A stretch of DNA of 64,000 nt from Pelobacter sp. UBA6812 (GCA_002452265.1 DKEW01000015.1:354-64353); one strand, 5' to 3'. Numbered from the stretch's first letter, positions 11,717 to 23,231 are shown. Notes: generated by a model not told the origin, from the letters alone. Numbers and translations: made by a program.

Positions 11717-14563
11717 TTAAAGAGAGGTCTTCACCTCTTCCATCTCGAAAACCTCAATAATATCGCCAACTTTAATATCGTTGTAGTTTTCAAGACTCAA
11801 ACCGCATTCATAGCCGCTTTGAACTTCACGCGCATCATCTTTAAAGCGCTTGAGAGAGGCAAGCTTTCCTTCCCAGACAACTACATGATCGCGGATAAGG
11901 CGGACTTGAGCATTGCGCAACACCTTGCCTTCAGTGACATAGCAACCGGCAATCGTACCGACCTTGGATACACTGAAGGTTTCACGAATCTCCACCTTGC
12001 CGAGAGATTTTTCTCTCAAGGTCGGTGCGAGCAGACCTTCCATGGCATCTCGAATATCGTTTACTGCGTCGTAAATGATATTATAGAAACGGATATCCAC
12101 CCCTTCCACTTCAGACAAGGAAGCAGCCTTAGGCTCGGCGCGAACATTAAAACCGATAATAATAGCATCCGAAGCGGAAGCCAAAGACACATCACTTTCA
12201 ATGATACCACCTACCCCGGTATGAATTACCACGAGACGGCAGGCATCGGTAGAAAGCTTAACAAGAGACTCACGAACGGCTTCGACTGAACCCTGTACGT
12301 CACCCTTGATGATAACCTTGAGCTCCTGCACCTCACCTTGCTGGAGACGAGCATAGAGCTGTTCAAGAGAGATTTTACTCGTTGTTGCCAGTTCCTGTTC
12401 GCGTATTTTCCGCTGTCTATGAGACGCAATATCTTTGGCCGCTTTTTCTGTCTCTACAGCATGAAACGTATCCCCGGCAATCGGCGTACCAGAAAGGCCT
12501 GTGACCTCTACAGGACAAGATGGACCAGCCTCTTCAAGACGTTCCCCCCTGTCATTGCTCATCGTGCGAACTCTGCCGTAATGCAAGCCGGAAACAATGG
12601 GGTCTCCAATACGAAGCGTACCATCTTCAACCAACACAGTTGCGACAGGACCACGTCCGCGATCGAGGCGGGCCTCAACAATGGCGCCCTTCGCCCTTTT
12701 ATTGGGATTTGCCTTAAGATCGAGTACTTCAGCCTGAAGCAGGACCATTTCAAGAAGGCTATCCAGGTTGGTTCGGTTTTTGGCTGACACTTCAACAAAG
12801 ATGGTATCACCGCCCCACTCTTCAGGAACCATCTCAAATTCAGTCAATTCCTGTTTGACCCTGTCAGGGTTAGCATCCGGCTTATCCATCTTATTGATTG
12901 CTACAATCATTGGAACGCCAGCGGCCTTGGAGTGATTGATCGCCTCCTTGGTCTGAGGCATAACCCCATCATCAGCAGCAACTACCAATATAACTATATC
13001 AGTGACCTTGGCACCACGAGCACGCATGGAGGTAAAGGCTTCATGTCCGGGTGTATCAAGGAATGTAATTTTTTGACCGTCAACGGTGACGTCATAAGCC
13101 CCGATATGCTGCGTAATACCACCGGCTTCACCATCAGTAACATTGGTAGTCCGTATCGCATCGAGCAGACTCGTTTTGCCATGGTCAACATGACCCATGA
13201 TAGTAACGACCGGCGGCCGTGGCACAGCACCTTCATCACTACCACCCTCTTCAATGATACCGGCGGTATCAGCAAGAAGATTTTCTTCATCAAATGCGAC
13301 GTTTTCGACTTCGTAGTTAAACTCGGAGGCCAGCAGAGCAGCAGTTTCAAAATCCAGGGGATGGTTAATTGTAACCATTTGCCCCTGGCGCATCAATTCG
13401 GTGATCAGATCTTTACTCTTGACCCCCATACGCTTGGCCAACTCGCCAACAGTAATAACATCGCTGATACGAATGATACGCTTAATCGCCTTGGAGACTG
13501 TTACCTCGGTTTTCTTTTGAACCTTGGGACCCTTTTTACCGCGGCGCAAGCGACGTTCATCACGATCAGGTTCATACACTTCGCGGCGACCGCGACGCGC
13601 CTTACCACCATCTTGAACTTCTTTATCTTTATCGTGGAAGCCGCCTTTACCTTTTTTGGCCTTTTTACCGCCACGCACTTCTTTGTCGGCAGCGGGTCCG
13701 CCATCATGAGGAATAACAGGTTGAGGCGCAACTTCTTTGACCCGAGGTGCTGGCGCACCCGGCGCCGGCCTGGCCGTCTTGGGACGTTCGGGACGTTCGG
13801 GACGACCACGATCAGCCTTAGCGCGTTCAGGTCTTTCAGTACGTTCTTGACGTTTGGGGGGGGGAGCTAACGTCGACAGCTCAACACGCCCGAGAATCTT
13901 GGCACGATTGGCCGTAGCTTTTTCAACTTTAGGTTTATCCTTGGTCACCGAAATTTCAGCCGCTTCCGGCTGCCCTTCTATTTTATCGGCCGTTTTGGAT
14001 GCTTCGAGCGTACCATTCTGCGGCTCAACATCAGTCACGGCAGAAGGTTTTTGTTCAACTTGGGGCTTTTCTTCGGCGACCGGTGTGATTTCAGGTTGCG
14101 TTTCCGGCACGGTAGCTGCCGGCGCTTCAGGTATCGCTTCTTGTGCAGACGCGACAACATCTTCGGGCTCAACCACTGCGGTTGGCTCGACAGCAGCTTC
14201 CTGAACAAGAACATCAGGCTGCTGATCTTCACTGGGACTTACAGCTTGTTTTTCTTCTACAGAAGGCACTTCAACGGGGGCAGTCTCGTCAGCACCAACC
14301 TCTTCGGCTGCCGCGGGGGGGAGCGACTGCTCAACCGGAGGAACTTCCTTACGACGCCGCCGGATAACTCCGGCAGTTATGCGCTGTTCTTCGACACGTT
14401 CAACCTTGGAGGGTTCGCCTTCAAACTTCTCCAAATCTTCATCGCTCAGCACGCTCATATGACTTTTAACATCAATGCCGGCCTCGTGAAGTTTTTCCAA
14501 CAACACTTTATTATCTAGTTCCATTTGTTGCGCTAACTCATATACCCGTATTTTTTTACCCAT
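11717..14563 (-). CDS. infB: Translation initiation factor IF-2
   Basis: [28 protein letters not shown]. Confidence 0.99.
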   Translation of the reverse strand: MGKKIRVYELAQQMELDNKVLLEKLHEAGIDVKSHMSVLSDEDLEKFEGEPSKVERVEEQRITAGVIRRRRKEVPPVEQSLPPAAAEEVGADETAPVEVPSVEEKQAVSPSEDQQPDVLVQEAAVEPTAVVEPEDVVASAQEAIPEAPAATVPETQPEITPVAEEKPQVEQKPSAVTDVEPQNGTLEASKTADKIEGQPEAAEISVTKDKPKVEKATANRAKILGRVELSTLAPPPKRQERTERPERAKADRGRPERPERPKTARPAPGAPAPRVKEVAPQPVIPHDGGPAADKEVRGGKKAKKGKGGFHDKDKEVQDGGKARRGRREVYEPDRDERRLRRGKKGPKVQKKTEVTVSKAIKRIIRISDVITVGELAKRMGVKSKDLITELMRQGQMVTINHPLDFETAALLASEFNYEVENVAFDEENLLADTAGIIEEGGSDEGAVPRPPVVTIMGHVDHGKTSLLDAIRTTNVTDGEAGGITQHIGAYDVTVDGQKITFLDTPGHEAFTSMRARGAKVTDIVILVVAADDGVMPQTKEAINHSKAAGVPMIVAINKMDKPDANPDRVKQELTEFEMVPEEWGGDTIFVEVSAKNRTNLDSLLEMVLLQAEVLDLKANPNKRAKGAIVEARLDRGRGPVATVLVEDGTLRIGDPIVSGLHYGRVRTMSNDRGERLEEAGPSCPVEVTGLSGTPIAGDTFHAVETEKAAKDIASHRQRKIREQELATTSKISLEQLYARLQQGEVQELKVIIKGDVQGSVEAVRESLVKLSTDACRLVVIHTGVGGIIESDVSLASASDAIIIGFNVRAEPKAASLSEVEGVDIRFYNIIYDAVNDIRDAMEGLLAPTLREKSLGKVEIRETFSVSKVGTIAGCYVTEGKVLRNAQVRLIRDHVVVWEGKLASLKRFKDDAREVQSGYECGLSLENYNDIKVGDIIEVFEMEEVKTSL

Positions 14564-15194
14564 TAAACTCCCCCGCGAATTTATTCAACCGTTCCAATTC
14601 ATTCTTAATCGCAACGGCTAGCGAACCATATTTCAACGCGACTACGCCGCGTTCAGACTTACCAAGCAAGCTACCGAGAAGCTCCTTGCTAAAAGCAGCA
14701 AAACAAGTTACATCACTGCGACAAGCAGCCCTATCAACCTTTTCGGCAATAGCAGGCGAAAGATCGGCGGCTCTTACCAGCAATCCAAATTCTTTTCCAG
14801 CCTGCAACTCACTTAACACTTGCCGCGTGCCGGAAACAACCTGACCGGCTTTGCGGGCCATGCCAATTAAATCCAATGCTTTGCATTGTACTTGCGCCTG
14901 CAGTACTTGCCACAGCTCATTTGCAGAAGGCCCATCGCCCCCTCGAAGAGAACGACATAATTGCCCACGTTTAACGGCTGTTTCAATACAGTCAAACTCA
15001 AAACAGGTATATACGCCGCGGCCGGGTAATTTCTTCCGATAATCAACGACAACTTCACCTTGCGGGCTCAGAACATACCGCACCAACTGGTCTTGGTCAA
15101 GGGACTTCCTACACCCGACACAGGTACGCTGAGGACCGTGTTTAACATCATCACCCTGATCAGATTGATGAATCTTCGACCGGGCCTTCTTCAT
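14556..15194 (-). CDS. YlxR (DUF448)-L7Ae fusion RNA-binding protein
   Basis: PQRTCVGCR...GRGVYTC zinc site plus GMARKAG and LGSLLGK L7Ae motifs. Start uncertain: ATG 15194 or GTG 15203, both inside the nusA 3' end. Confidence 0.85.
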   Translation of the reverse strand: MKKARSKIHQSDQGDDVKHGPQRTCVGCRKSLDQDQLVRYVLSPQGEVVVDYRKKLPGRGVYTCFEFDCIETAVKRGQLCRSLRGGDGPSANELWQVLQAQVQCKALDLIGMARKAGQVVSGTRQVLSELQAGKEFGLLVRAADLSPAIAEKVDRAACRSDVTCFAAFSKELLGSLLGKSERGVVALKYGSLAVAIKNELERLNKFAGEFNG

Positions 15195-16380
15195 TCGAAT
15201 CACATTCCTCCATCTGCTCCCCTTTCACATCCGACAAAGGCGGGGAAGCCACACCTGCCTCATCGGCGACACCGGCTTCGTCACTTGCATCACCCGCTGC
15301 CACGTCAGCGACCGAATCAGTCAAGCCCAATGCCTCTTTCGCGGCTTCCGCAGCGCGAGTCTCACTCTTTATATCAATATTCCAACCTGTCAACTTGGCA
15401 GCCAAACGGACATTTTGACCTTTCTTGCCTATTGCAAGAGAAAGTTGATCGTCGGGAACGATAACCTCAAGAGCCTGCTCATCGTTATCCATATAAATCT
15501 TGGTAACTTCTGCGGGAGCAAGAGAGGCACAGACAAACCGACCTACATCAGGCGACCAAGGAACGATGTCAATTTTTTCACCACGCAATTCGGAGACAAC
15601 GTTCTGTACGCGGGAACCACGCATACCTACACATGCGCCAACGGGATCGACATCGGGGTCATAAGATGCTACAGCGATCTTGGTCCGACTACCCGCTTCA
15701 CGTGCGACAGCCTTAATTTCCACAATACCCTCGGCGATCTCAGGAACTTCGAATTGGAAAAGCGAAGCAACCAGACCGGGGTGAGTTCTGGACAAAATAA
15801 TCTGAGGCCCCTTGGTGGAAATCTTGACTTCGGAAATAAGCACACGCGCACGATCACCCTGACGGTAGTTTTCTCGGGAAACCTGCTCACGATGAGGCAA
15901 CAGGCCCTCGGTCAAACCAAGATCGACAATCAGGTCACCTCGTTCATAGCGTCGCACAATGCCATTAACAAGTTCCCCGACACGACCTTTAAACTCGTTG
16001 TAAATCTTTTCGCGCTCAGCTTCACGAACCTTCTGGATAATAACCTGCTTAGCGGTTTGCGCTGCTATCCGGCTGAAATTACCACCTTCGATCTTCATGC
16101 CGAGCGAATCTCCGACCTCTACATCTTCATCGATTTCACGAGCCTCTTCGAGGTCGATTTCCTTATAGGAATCAACCACTTCATCGACAACGGTAACGAA
16201 CTCAAAAAGCTCGACTTCACCCAAATCGTCATTGAAGTGTGCTTCAAGGTCGCGGGTATTCCGGTATTTCTTATTGGCTGCAGAAAGCACGGCAGATTCA
16301 AGGGCTTCAACTAAAACACCCCGATCAATGCCCTTCTCCTTGACGACTTGTTCGATGATATGGTTAAGATTTACCAACAT
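15160..16380 (-). CDS. nusA: Transcription termination/antitermination factor NusA
   Basis: RIAAQTAKQVI, GACVGMRGSR, LAIGKKGQNVRLA. Confidence 0.98.
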   Translation of the reverse strand: MLVNLNHIIEQVVKEKGIDRGVLVEALESAVLSAANKKYRNTRDLEAHFNDDLGEVELFEFVTVVDEVVDSYKEIDLEEAREIDEDVEVGDSLGMKIEGGNFSRIAAQTAKQVIIQKVREAEREKIYNEFKGRVGELVNGIVRRYERGDLIVDLGLTEGLLPHREQVSRENYRQGDRARVLISEVKISTKGPQIILSRTHPGLVASLFQFEVPEIAEGIVEIKAVAREAGSRTKIAVASYDPDVDPVGACVGMRGSRVQNVVSELRGEKIDIVPWSPDVGRFVCASLAPAEVTKIYMDNDEQALEVIVPDDQLSLAIGKKGQNVRLAAKLTGWNIDIKSETRAAEAAKEALGLTDSVADVAAGDASDEAGVADEAGVASPPLSDVKGEQMEECDSNEEGPVEDSSI

Positions 16381-16463
16381 CTAAATCCCCCTCGATACTT
16401 TTTTATAATCCGCACCCTTAAATCAGGTAGCGGTGTATTTCGATAACGCTTATCAGCATTAAA

Positions 16464-16952
16464 TCAGAATTCAATTTCCAGATTGGCTTTTTCGATATCT
16501 TCGAGAGGCAGTTCAACCCGAAAACCATTTTTTTCCTTCAACTCAACAAGCACCTTACCGTCACAAAAGCCACAGAGCGTTCCGGTAAAGGTTTTTCGCC
16601 CTCGCCCCTTGCCATCGATATCAATAGAGACGCGCGTCTTTATCTTAACCAAACGTCCGGAAAAGCGCTCGTAATCACTAGCTTTGGTCAATGGTCGATC
16701 GAGACCGGGCGATGAAACTTCTAAATTATAGGCTGTTTCAATGAGGTCTTCAACCTCAAGGAGAACGCTAACTTCACGACTGACTTCAGCGCAGGTATCC
16801 AAGGTGATTCCACCAGGCTGATCAATAAAAAGTCGCAGGACCCAACCTTGTCCTTCTCTCTGGTATTCAAGGTCCACAAGCTCACAATCCTTTTCATCTA
16901 GGACAGGGAGAATCAGGGCTCGGACTTTCTCCAGAACAGTATTTTGCTTCAT
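16464..16952 (-). CDS. rimP: Ribosome maturation factor RimP
   Basis: LRLFID, LEVSSPGLDRPL. Confidence 0.96.
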   Translation of the reverse strand: MKQNTVLEKVRALILPVLDEKDCELVDLEYQREGQGWVLRLFIDQPGGITLDTCAEVSREVSVLLEVEDLIETAYNLEVSSPGLDRPLTKASDYERFSGRLVKIKTRVSIDIDGKGRGRKTFTGTLCGFCDGKVLVELKEKNGFRVELPLEDIEKANLEIEF

Positions 16953-16978
16953 ACAAAGAAACTTTCGCGGCTTGAAAT

Positions 16979-17005
16979 AAAAAAAGTGAGCTTAAAGCCC
17001 ACTTT
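16979..17005 (-). promoter_or_regulatory. rimP leader terminator-like hairpin
   Basis: AAAGTGGGC-TTTAA-GCTCACTTT running into a T7 tract, ~27 nt upstream of rimP; fits the widespread GGGC/GCCC rimP-nusA-infB leader. Confidence 0.75.
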
Positions 17006-17121
17006 ATCCGTAGTGAACGAACCTGACAGAAGATTGTTACCACGAAGTACCGAATAACGCAAGAAAAAAATAATTTTCAACCACTTGCGAGACATCCGGT
17101 TTATTGGTCTAATCGTTCAGA

Positions 17122-18417
17122 TTAACCTCTCTCGAGCAAGGATATACTTTCCGTGTGATGCGTCTGCGGAAAAAGATCAAATGGCCGCGACCAGGAAAGC
17201 TGGTATCCGCCGTTCAGCAACACCTGCAAATCTCGCACAAGAGTCGGAGGGTCACAGGAAACATAAATTATTTTGGCCGGTTGTACATCCACCAACTCTC
17301 GAACGACGTCGTAAGCACCGCTACGTGGCGGGTCGAGAATGACAAGGTCGAAGGGTAAGTCGCTACCATAGAGAGTCGCAGCTCCAAAAGCTTCCCTGGC
17401 ATAGAAGGCTGTATTACCTACCTCATTAAGGCGAGCATTAAGTCGCGCCATTTCAATACTCTGCGGGTAAGCTTCTACCCCGATCAATTCCTGCGCCAGG
17501 CGCGCAACAGGCAGGCTGAAGTTACCCATTCCACAAAAAAGATCCAACACCCTGCTTGGCGGGTTGGATATAAGAGCGCCTATCACTTCACGGACCATTG
17601 CACGATTCTGAGGCAAATTGATCTGAGCAAATCCGCCGGGACCATAACCAAGACGAAGAACAGGGATATCAACCTCGACAATTAACTCCAGAGGCCCGCA
17701 TACATGCACTGGATCAGCTTTGCGATCCGGTTGAACAAAAACGGCAATTCCTGAGCCCGCGGCACGTAATTTAAGGTGTTCGACAAAATCGCCAACATTC
17801 GAGACAAGGCTATGAATAACGGCGCGCACACGATCCTGATCATCAACCGCAAGATCGATTTGTGGCACCTGCTTTGACCATCGGGTATTTGAAATCCATG
17901 CTCGAAGCTGGTCTTTAGCCTCATTGAGTGCCGGGTGCATAATTGGACAGCTTGTAACCGGTATGACGTTATGACTACCGCGTTGATAAAAACCAACCTG
18001 AAGCCCTTTCGATGTATCGACACATTTAAATTGAGCCCGGCTTCGATAATTCCACTCCTGAGGAGAAGAAACAATTGGCAGCACTGTCTCAGGCTTTACA
18101 CCCAGTTTACGAACCAGAAAATCCTTAAAAATTTGTTCTTTCCAGACACACTGTTCCGAATAGGAAATAAGTTGCCACTGACAACCCCCGCACTTGCCGA
18201 AAATCGGACAAGCAGGTGCTATACGCTTAACCGAAGAGACGAGTAAATGTTCTACTTGTGCTTCGACAAAGCGTTTTTTTTGTCTGGAAACACGGCAACG
18301 CACGCGATCACCCGGCACGGTAAGGGGAACAAACACCACTTTTCCATGGTGATATCCGATGCCACTGCCACCGTACGCCAGAGATTCGATCAGCAGATCG
18401 TCTATATATTCAGCCAT
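17122..18417 (-). CDS. rlmD: 23S rRNA (uracil-5)-methyltransferase RlmD/RumA family
   Basis: TRAM domain, CPIFGKCGGC Fe-S motif, DLFCGMG, LDPPRSG, YVSCDP, FPQTHHTE. Confidence 0.92.
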   Translation of the reverse strand: MAEYIDDLLIESLAYGGSGIGYHHGKVVFVPLTVPGDRVRCRVSRQKKRFVEAQVEHLLVSSVKRIAPACPIFGKCGGCQWQLISYSEQCVWKEQIFKDFLVRKLGVKPETVLPIVSSPQEWNYRSRAQFKCVDTSKGLQVGFYQRGSHNVIPVTSCPIMHPALNEAKDQLRAWISNTRWSKQVPQIDLAVDDQDRVRAVIHSLVSNVGDFVEHLKLRAAGSGIAVFVQPDRKADPVHVCGPLELIVEVDIPVLRLGYGPGGFAQINLPQNRAMVREVIGALISNPPSRVLDLFCGMGNFSLPVARLAQELIGVEAYPQSIEMARLNARLNEVGNTAFYAREAFGAATLYGSDLPFDLVILDPPRSGAYDVVRELVDVQPAKIIYVSCDPPTLVRDLQVLLNGGYQLSWSRPFDLFPQTHHTESISLLERG

Positions 18418-18426
18418 TTTATACGG

Positions 18427-19161
18427 CTACCCTTCTTTATGCTGACTGTAAAGCCAATCCAGACGACTCCACAACCCTCTCAAGATACGCACCTCACGGT
18501 CATTAAGACCGGCCCGACCGAAAATCCGGCGAAAACTGCGCAAAATGTGATCCGGATTTTGAGGATCTAGATACCCGATATCCGTAAGAGTGGAGCGCAT
18601 ATGCTGATACATCCCTTCCAGTACATCGATGGAAGAGGTCTTTTTTCTTCCAGAGGTTTTACCGCTGGCTACAGCGCGTACCCGAGCGGTTTCGTACAGA
18701 CAAATGGAAACAGACTGCGCCAGATTCATCGATGGGCATGCATCATCGGTAGGAATGGTAACAAAACGTTGACAGAGATCAAGCTCAGCAGTCTCCAAGC
18801 CTTTGTCTTCCCTACCAAAAACCCATGCCACCCTTCCCTCTTCGGTAACAGGTCCGAATTCCCTCGCAGCATCATCGGGATGCAGAAAATCCTCACGGTA
18901 TTTTCCAAATCGGCGGGTTGTACCAAAGGCCAGCCTGCAATCGGCCAACGCCGACTGCAAATCAGGAAAAATGCGAGCATTTTCGAGAAGAGAAAACGCC
19001 TTAACTGCCATCCTGCGAGCATCCTCACTTAAATGGTCGGCGACCGGATTGACCAAACGCAAATCGGAGAATCCAAAATTCATCATGGCTCGACATACGG
19101 AACCTATATTCAGCGGTCCTTGAGGTTCAACCAGAACCACGCAGAGATTATCAGAGTTCAT
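18427..19161 (-). CDS. trmJ: TrmJ/LasT family SPOUT RNA methyltransferase
   Basis: NIGSVCRAMMNFG, VFGREDKGL, SMNLAQSV. Confidence 0.88.
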   Translation of the reverse strand: MNSDNLCVVLVEPQGPLNIGSVCRAMMNFGFSDLRLVNPVADHLSEDARRMAVKAFSLLENARIFPDLQSALADCRLAFGTTRRFGKYREDFLHPDDAAREFGPVTEEGRVAWVFGREDKGLETAELDLCQRFVTIPTDDACPSMNLAQSVSICLYETARVRAVASGKTSGRKKTSSIDVLEGMYQHMRSTLTDIGYLDPQNPDHILRSFRRIFGRAGLNDREVRILRGLWSRLDWLYSQHKEG

Positions 19162-19211
19162 AACCGGTCATTCCTTTATCCTTATGGGCTTGCAGGCCCG
19201 CCAATTTGCTA

Positions 19212-19967
19212 TCAGCCCAGAGCCCCCAAAGCGAATTGCAAGAGACTTACGCCAGCAATGGCAGCAGTTTCAGTACGCAGAATTCGATGGCCCAGAGTGA
19301 CAGGCTGCACCCCACAGGCAACAGCCTGTTGTGTTTCCGCAAGGGGAAATCCTCCTTCGGGACCAACAATGAGCGCAACGCTGGAAATATCCGGACGATG
19401 GAGAGCATCACGCAGTCGCAGGGTCGTTTGTCCCTCGTAAAACATGACATTCAGATCCCAGCAAGCAGTTTCTTCAAGAACCTCGTCGAAGGTCATGACG
19501 GGTCCCAATTCGGGGATATCACGTCTGCGGCACTGCTTAGCAGCTCGATTAACAATATCGGGCCAGCGGTGAGATTTGCGTTGCTTGGAGTCACGCGCTT
19601 CCTGAGTCGTAGAGCGTGACGACACAAAGGGAACGATGCGATCAACCCCTAATTCCACGCTTTTTTCCAACACCAACTCGAAACGTTCTTTCTCTGGCAA
19701 AGCTTGATAGAGCACCAGGGGGACCTCTGGTGCTCTGTTTGATGTAAGAATTTCAAACGGCAGAATCCGACCGGGCCCCACAAGACGTGCGCGAAAAGCA
19801 ATATCCAGTTGATCAACAACGGTCAAAATCGCCCCCGGTCGGTACCCCCAAAAGGACAAGGCCCTGACCGCATTGGGCGGCAGGGCCACTTCCCTTTCGA
19901 TAGCGGCTGCCTGATCAAGCCGCACGATACTCTGGTGGCCGCCTCCGTTAACGCATGGCAACCTCAA
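19212..19967 (-). CDS. rsmE: 16S rRNA m3U1498 methyltransferase
   Basis: KSVELGV, AAKQCRR, VGPEGGF, LGHRILRTETA. Confidence 0.9.
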   Translation of the reverse strand: MRLPCVNGGGHQSIVRLDQAAAIEREVALPPNAVRALSFWGYRPGAILTVVDQLDIAFRARLVGPGRILPFEILTSNRAPEVPLVLYQALPEKERFELVLEKSVELGVDRIVPFVSSRSTTQEARDSKQRKSHRWPDIVNRAAKQCRRRDIPELGPVMTFDEVLEETACWDLNVMFYEGQTTLRLRDALHRPDISSVALIVGPEGGFPLAETQQAVACGVQPVTLGHRILRTETAAIAGVSLLQFALGALG

Positions 19968-20364
19968 AACCTATCTCCCGAAAATGCGCAAAACGCTTGC
20001 GCGCTGCAACCAACAACTGAGGGTCATAAACTTCAACAAAATCGATAGCCAGATCAAACTGACGAATAAATTCGGCTGAACAGGGTTTACCCATAACCAG
20101 AACCTTTGCACCGTTCGGATTACGCTCTTCGGCCTCGATGATAACCGGTTCATCCAGACACTCAACGGCGCCATTATCGTAGACATGGGGAATGAAGGCA
20201 CCCTTCTTCCAGGTCCACATGAAGCGATCAAGTGTCACTCCCTGGTTGTCGTCGCATACCATGACAACCACCCGCTGACCTTGAATAAAAAAGTCCTCGG
20301 CAAAATCGCACAGATACTTGGCTTTTTCAGGACGCTTAATCTTGACGAATTCAACCCGCGTCAT
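19948..20364 (-). CDS. holC: DNA polymerase III chi subunit
   Basis: LDRFMWT...FIPH and C-terminal ARKRFAHFR..G pattern. Confidence 0.85.
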   Translation of the reverse strand: MTRVEFVKIKRPEKAKYLCDFAEDFFIQGQRVVVMVCDDNQGVTLDRFMWTWKKGAFIPHVYDNGAVECLDEPVIIEAEERNPNGAKVLVMGKPCSAEFIRQFDLAIDFVEVYDPQLLVAARKRFAHFREIGFEVAMR

Positions 20365-20398
20365 GATGCCGATGCCTTACATTTAATGAACAGTGTTT

Positions 20399-20956
20399 TC
20401 AACTTCTGCCTGCTGCCTTACGGGCATATTCAGCACCACAATCCAAGGCCAGGATATTCCCGGGAATGAATCGTTTATTACGTTCAGGAAGTATGCTATC
20501 GAGTCCGGACTTCAAACTATCCATGGAAACGACACCGGTCCGCGCAGCATAAGCTCCGAGAATGACCATATTTACCAAGCGTGCGTTACCGAGTTCAGCT
20601 GCCATCTCGTTAGCCGGAATAGCGAGTTTATGAATATCCGTTTGAAGCTTTGGCATCTCATCGACAAGGCAGGAGTTATATATGCAAAGACCGCCCGAAG
20701 CAATACGGTTAACATACTTATCCATGGCAAGTTGATTAAAAAGCAACATGGAATCGGGATGCCCCATAACCGGAGAGCCTATTTCTTCCCGAGAAACAAT
20801 AACTGTACAGGTTGCGGCCCCACCACGTTTTTCAGGGCCATAAGCAGGAAAATAGGTTGCATTTTTATTTTCAAGAATCGCAGCACACGCTAACAGGTTA
20901 CCAATGAGCAAAATACCCTGCCCACCATACCCGGCCATAAAAACGTTATCGCTCAT
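20399..20956 (-). CDS. 2-oxoacid:ferredoxin oxidoreductase gamma subunit
   Basis: AGYGGQG, YGPEKRGG, NMVILGA; start at the ATG at 20956. Confidence 0.92.
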   Translation of the reverse strand: MSDNVFMAGYGGQGILLIGNLLACAAILENKNATYFPAYGPEKRGGAATCTVIVSREEIGSPVMGHPDSMLLFNQLAMDKYVNRIASGGLCIYNSCLVDEMPKLQTDIHKLAIPANEMAAELGNARLVNMVILGAYAARTGVVSMDSLKSGLDSILPERNKRFIPGNILALDCGAEYARKAAGRS

Positions 20957-21009
20957 TCCGTCAAGTCCATTTCGCAAACAGTTTCAATTTTAAAGCCAGT
21001 AGCCGGATC

Positions 21010-21768
21010 TCACCCTGAAGCCGTGATGTCCTTATAAACGCCCAGCGGGAAGTAATCCATCATTTCCTTACCGACACGCTCATTGGCTTCGATCGCGGAC
21101 ATACCCCAGTTGGTCGGACACGCACCCAAAACCTCAACAAACGCAAACCCTTGTTTTTTGACCTGCATTTCAAATGCCTTAAGAATGGTACGACCAGCCT
21201 CCATAACCCGTTTAGGAGTATCTACGGCGACTCGCGCTGAGAAAGCCGTGCCACCGAGCATGGCAAGCAATTCTGCCACACGAATGGGATATCCCTCTTT
21301 CGTCACATCACGCCCATAAGGCGAAGTCGTGGTGACCTGTCCCGGCAAGGTCGTCGGCGCCATCTGTCCGCCCGTCATGCCGTAGGTCGTGTTGTTGAGA
21401 AAAATCACGGTAATCAACTCACCACGGTTAGCGGCATGAATGATTTCAGCGGTACCGATGGCTGCCAGGTCACCGTCACCCTGGTAAGTGAAAACCACAC
21501 TGTCCGGATGTACGCGTTTAACTCCTGTTCCAACAGCAGGAGCGCGACCATGGGGAGCTTCTACGACATCAATATCGAAGTAGTCATAGAGCAGAACGCT
21601 GCACCCGACTGACCCGATACCGATAGTCTGCTGTTGCACGTCAAGCAGATCGATAGCTTCGGCTACCAGACGATGCACGGTGCCATGGTGACATCCGGCA
21701 CAATAATGAGTGGGAACCTCTTTTAATGATGAGGGACGCTGAAAAACCGTCTGTTCGTTAGGAGCCAT
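21010..21768 (-). CDS. 2-oxoacid:ferredoxin oxidoreductase beta (TPP-binding) subunit
   Basis: YCAGCHHG, HGRAP, GDGD...NN TPP motif, YGMTGGQ. Confidence 0.94.
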   Translation of the reverse strand: MAPNEQTVFQRPSSLKEVPTHYCAGCHHGTVHRLVAEAIDLLDVQQQTIGIGSVGCSVLLYDYFDIDVVEAPHGRAPAVGTGVKRVHPDSVVFTYQGDGDLAAIGTAEIIHAANRGELITVIFLNNTTYGMTGGQMAPTTLPGQVTTTSPYGRDVTKEGYPIRVAELLAMLGGTAFSARVAVDTPKRVMEAGRTILKAFEMQVKKQGFAFVEVLGACPTNWGMSAIEANERVGKEMMDYFPLGVYKDITASG

Positions 21769-21770
21769 GA

Positions 21771-22838
21771 TCAGTCCTTATAATGCTTACAGATCTGTGC
21801 GAAAATTTCTTCGGGATCAGGCAAGGAACCGGTACCGCCGGGACGACCGTAAAACCTTACGTCCGCCATAGGATCCACGGAAAGACGAACATCCTCGACC
21901 ATTTGGCCGTTATTCAACTCAACACACAGTACCTTGGGTGTTTTGGCAGTTGCCGTGCGATAGATCTCGGCCGGAAAAGGGAAAACCGTAATGGGCCGGA
22001 TCAAACCAACTTTAAGTCCTTCCTTGCGCGCCATGGCAATCGCCGTCTTAACGATACGCGCCGCGCCGCCGAAAGCAGTCAGGATCAACTCAGCATCCTC
22101 GAGTCCAACGGCTTCAAAACGCGTCTCCTTCTCCTTAAGTTGCGCGTACTTGGCATGCAGATGCCAGTTATGCGCTTCCAATTCACCGTCGGCAAGGTAC
22201 AAAGATTTAACAGCGTTGCCTTTAGCGCGCCCGCCCTTGCCGGTTATGGCCCAATCTTTAGGGGGCAGATCCTCCGGCAACTGATGAGCATGAGGAACAA
22301 GAGCTTCTTTCATCTGCCCCAGCATGGCATCACCCAACACCATGGCGGGAATACGATAACGATCCGCAAGATCGAAGGCCAGCATGGTTAGATCGTATAG
22401 TTCCTGAACTGAATGAGGGGCCAGAACAATGAGGTGATACCCACCGTGTCCAGCTCCTTTTACCGCCTGAAAATAATCAGCCTGGGACACATCGATACCG
22501 CCAAGGCCTGGTCCGGGTCGCTGAATATTAACAATGACGGCAGGCACTTCAGAACCGGCCATAAAAGACATTCCCTCGGCTTTAAGAGAAATGCCCGGCC
22601 CGGATGAAGAGGTCATAACCCGTCCTCCGGCAGCTCCGGCCCCAAGAACCATATTAATGGCGGCCACTTCGCTCTCGGCCTGAACAAAGGTCCCCCCCAC
22701 TTTAGGCATTTCACGTGACATGAATTCAGGGATATCATTCTGGGGAGTTATGGGATAGCCAAAATAATAGCGGCACCCTGCTTCGAGGGCTCCCATGGCA
22801 ACAGCTTCGTTGCCCTTGACGAATAAACGTTTTTTCAA
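21771..22838 (-). CDS. 2-oxoacid:ferredoxin oxidoreductase alpha subunit (VorB/KorA-like)
   Basis: KGNEA, GYPITP, QAESE, TSSSGPG; TTG start after AGGAGG. Confidence 0.94.
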   Translation of the reverse strand: MKKRLFVKGNEAVAMGALEAGCRYYFGYPITPQNDIPEFMSREMPKVGGTFVQAESEVAAINMVLGAGAAGGRVMTSSSGPGISLKAEGMSFMAGSEVPAVIVNIQRPGPGLGGIDVSQADYFQAVKGAGHGGYHLIVLAPHSVQELYDLTMLAFDLADRYRIPAMVLGDAMLGQMKEALVPHAHQLPEDLPPKDWAITGKGGRAKGNAVKSLYLADGELEAHNWHLHAKYAQLKEKETRFEAVGLEDAELILTAFGGAARIVKTAIAMARKEGLKVGLIRPITVFPFPAEIYRTATAKTPKVLCVELNNGQMVEDVRLSVDPMADVRFYGRPGGTGSLPDPEEIFAQICKHYKD

Positions 22839-22919
22839 AACAACCTCCTGGCTGTGTTGAAACAGGTATAAGTGAAATCAGGATTCAGAATCGGAGTCTT
22901 CGGGCTCATCAAGACGTCA

Positions 22920-23147
22920 TCATTTCTCAGGCTTGGTAATCTTGAGGGCAACATCCGGACAGACCCGCGCGCACAAGGCACAGGAAACACATTTTTCCTG
23001 GTCGGACGATTCTATTTCGACCAGGGGATAGCCCTGTTTATTAAGCTTACTCCCGATCTTCAATAATTGCTTGGGACAGGCTTCTGCGCAAAGTCCACAC
23101 CCCTTGCAGAACTCTTCATCGATAATAATTTTTTTCACTGACAACAC
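22920..23147 (-). CDS. 2x[4Fe-4S] ferredoxin-like delta subunit
   Basis: CKGCGLCAEACP and CVSCALCARVCP; the real start may be the GTG at 23138. Confidence 0.93.
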   Translation of the reverse strand: MLSVKKIIIDEEFCKGCGLCAEACPKQLLKIGSKLNKQGYPLVEIESSDQEKCVSCALCARVCPDVALKITKPEK

Positions 23148-23202
23148 CTTCTTCTAAACGTCCGACAGTTCAATAATCGTCTATTTGCGTCGCGGTCGGC
23201 GA

Positions 23203-23231
23203 AACATACCAAATTGCTTGAATTTTGGCAA
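23203..23231 (-). promoter_or_regulatory. sigma70-type promoter of the oxidoreductase operon
   Basis: TTGCCA-17 bp-TATGTT with an extended -10 TG. Confidence 0.6.

Noticed and set aside
11222-16314. Long + strand ORFs (355, 312 and 299 aa) opposite infB and nusA, and similar ones opposite glnD and mutS
   Set aside because: Antisense shadows of highly biased coding genes, with no protein motifs.
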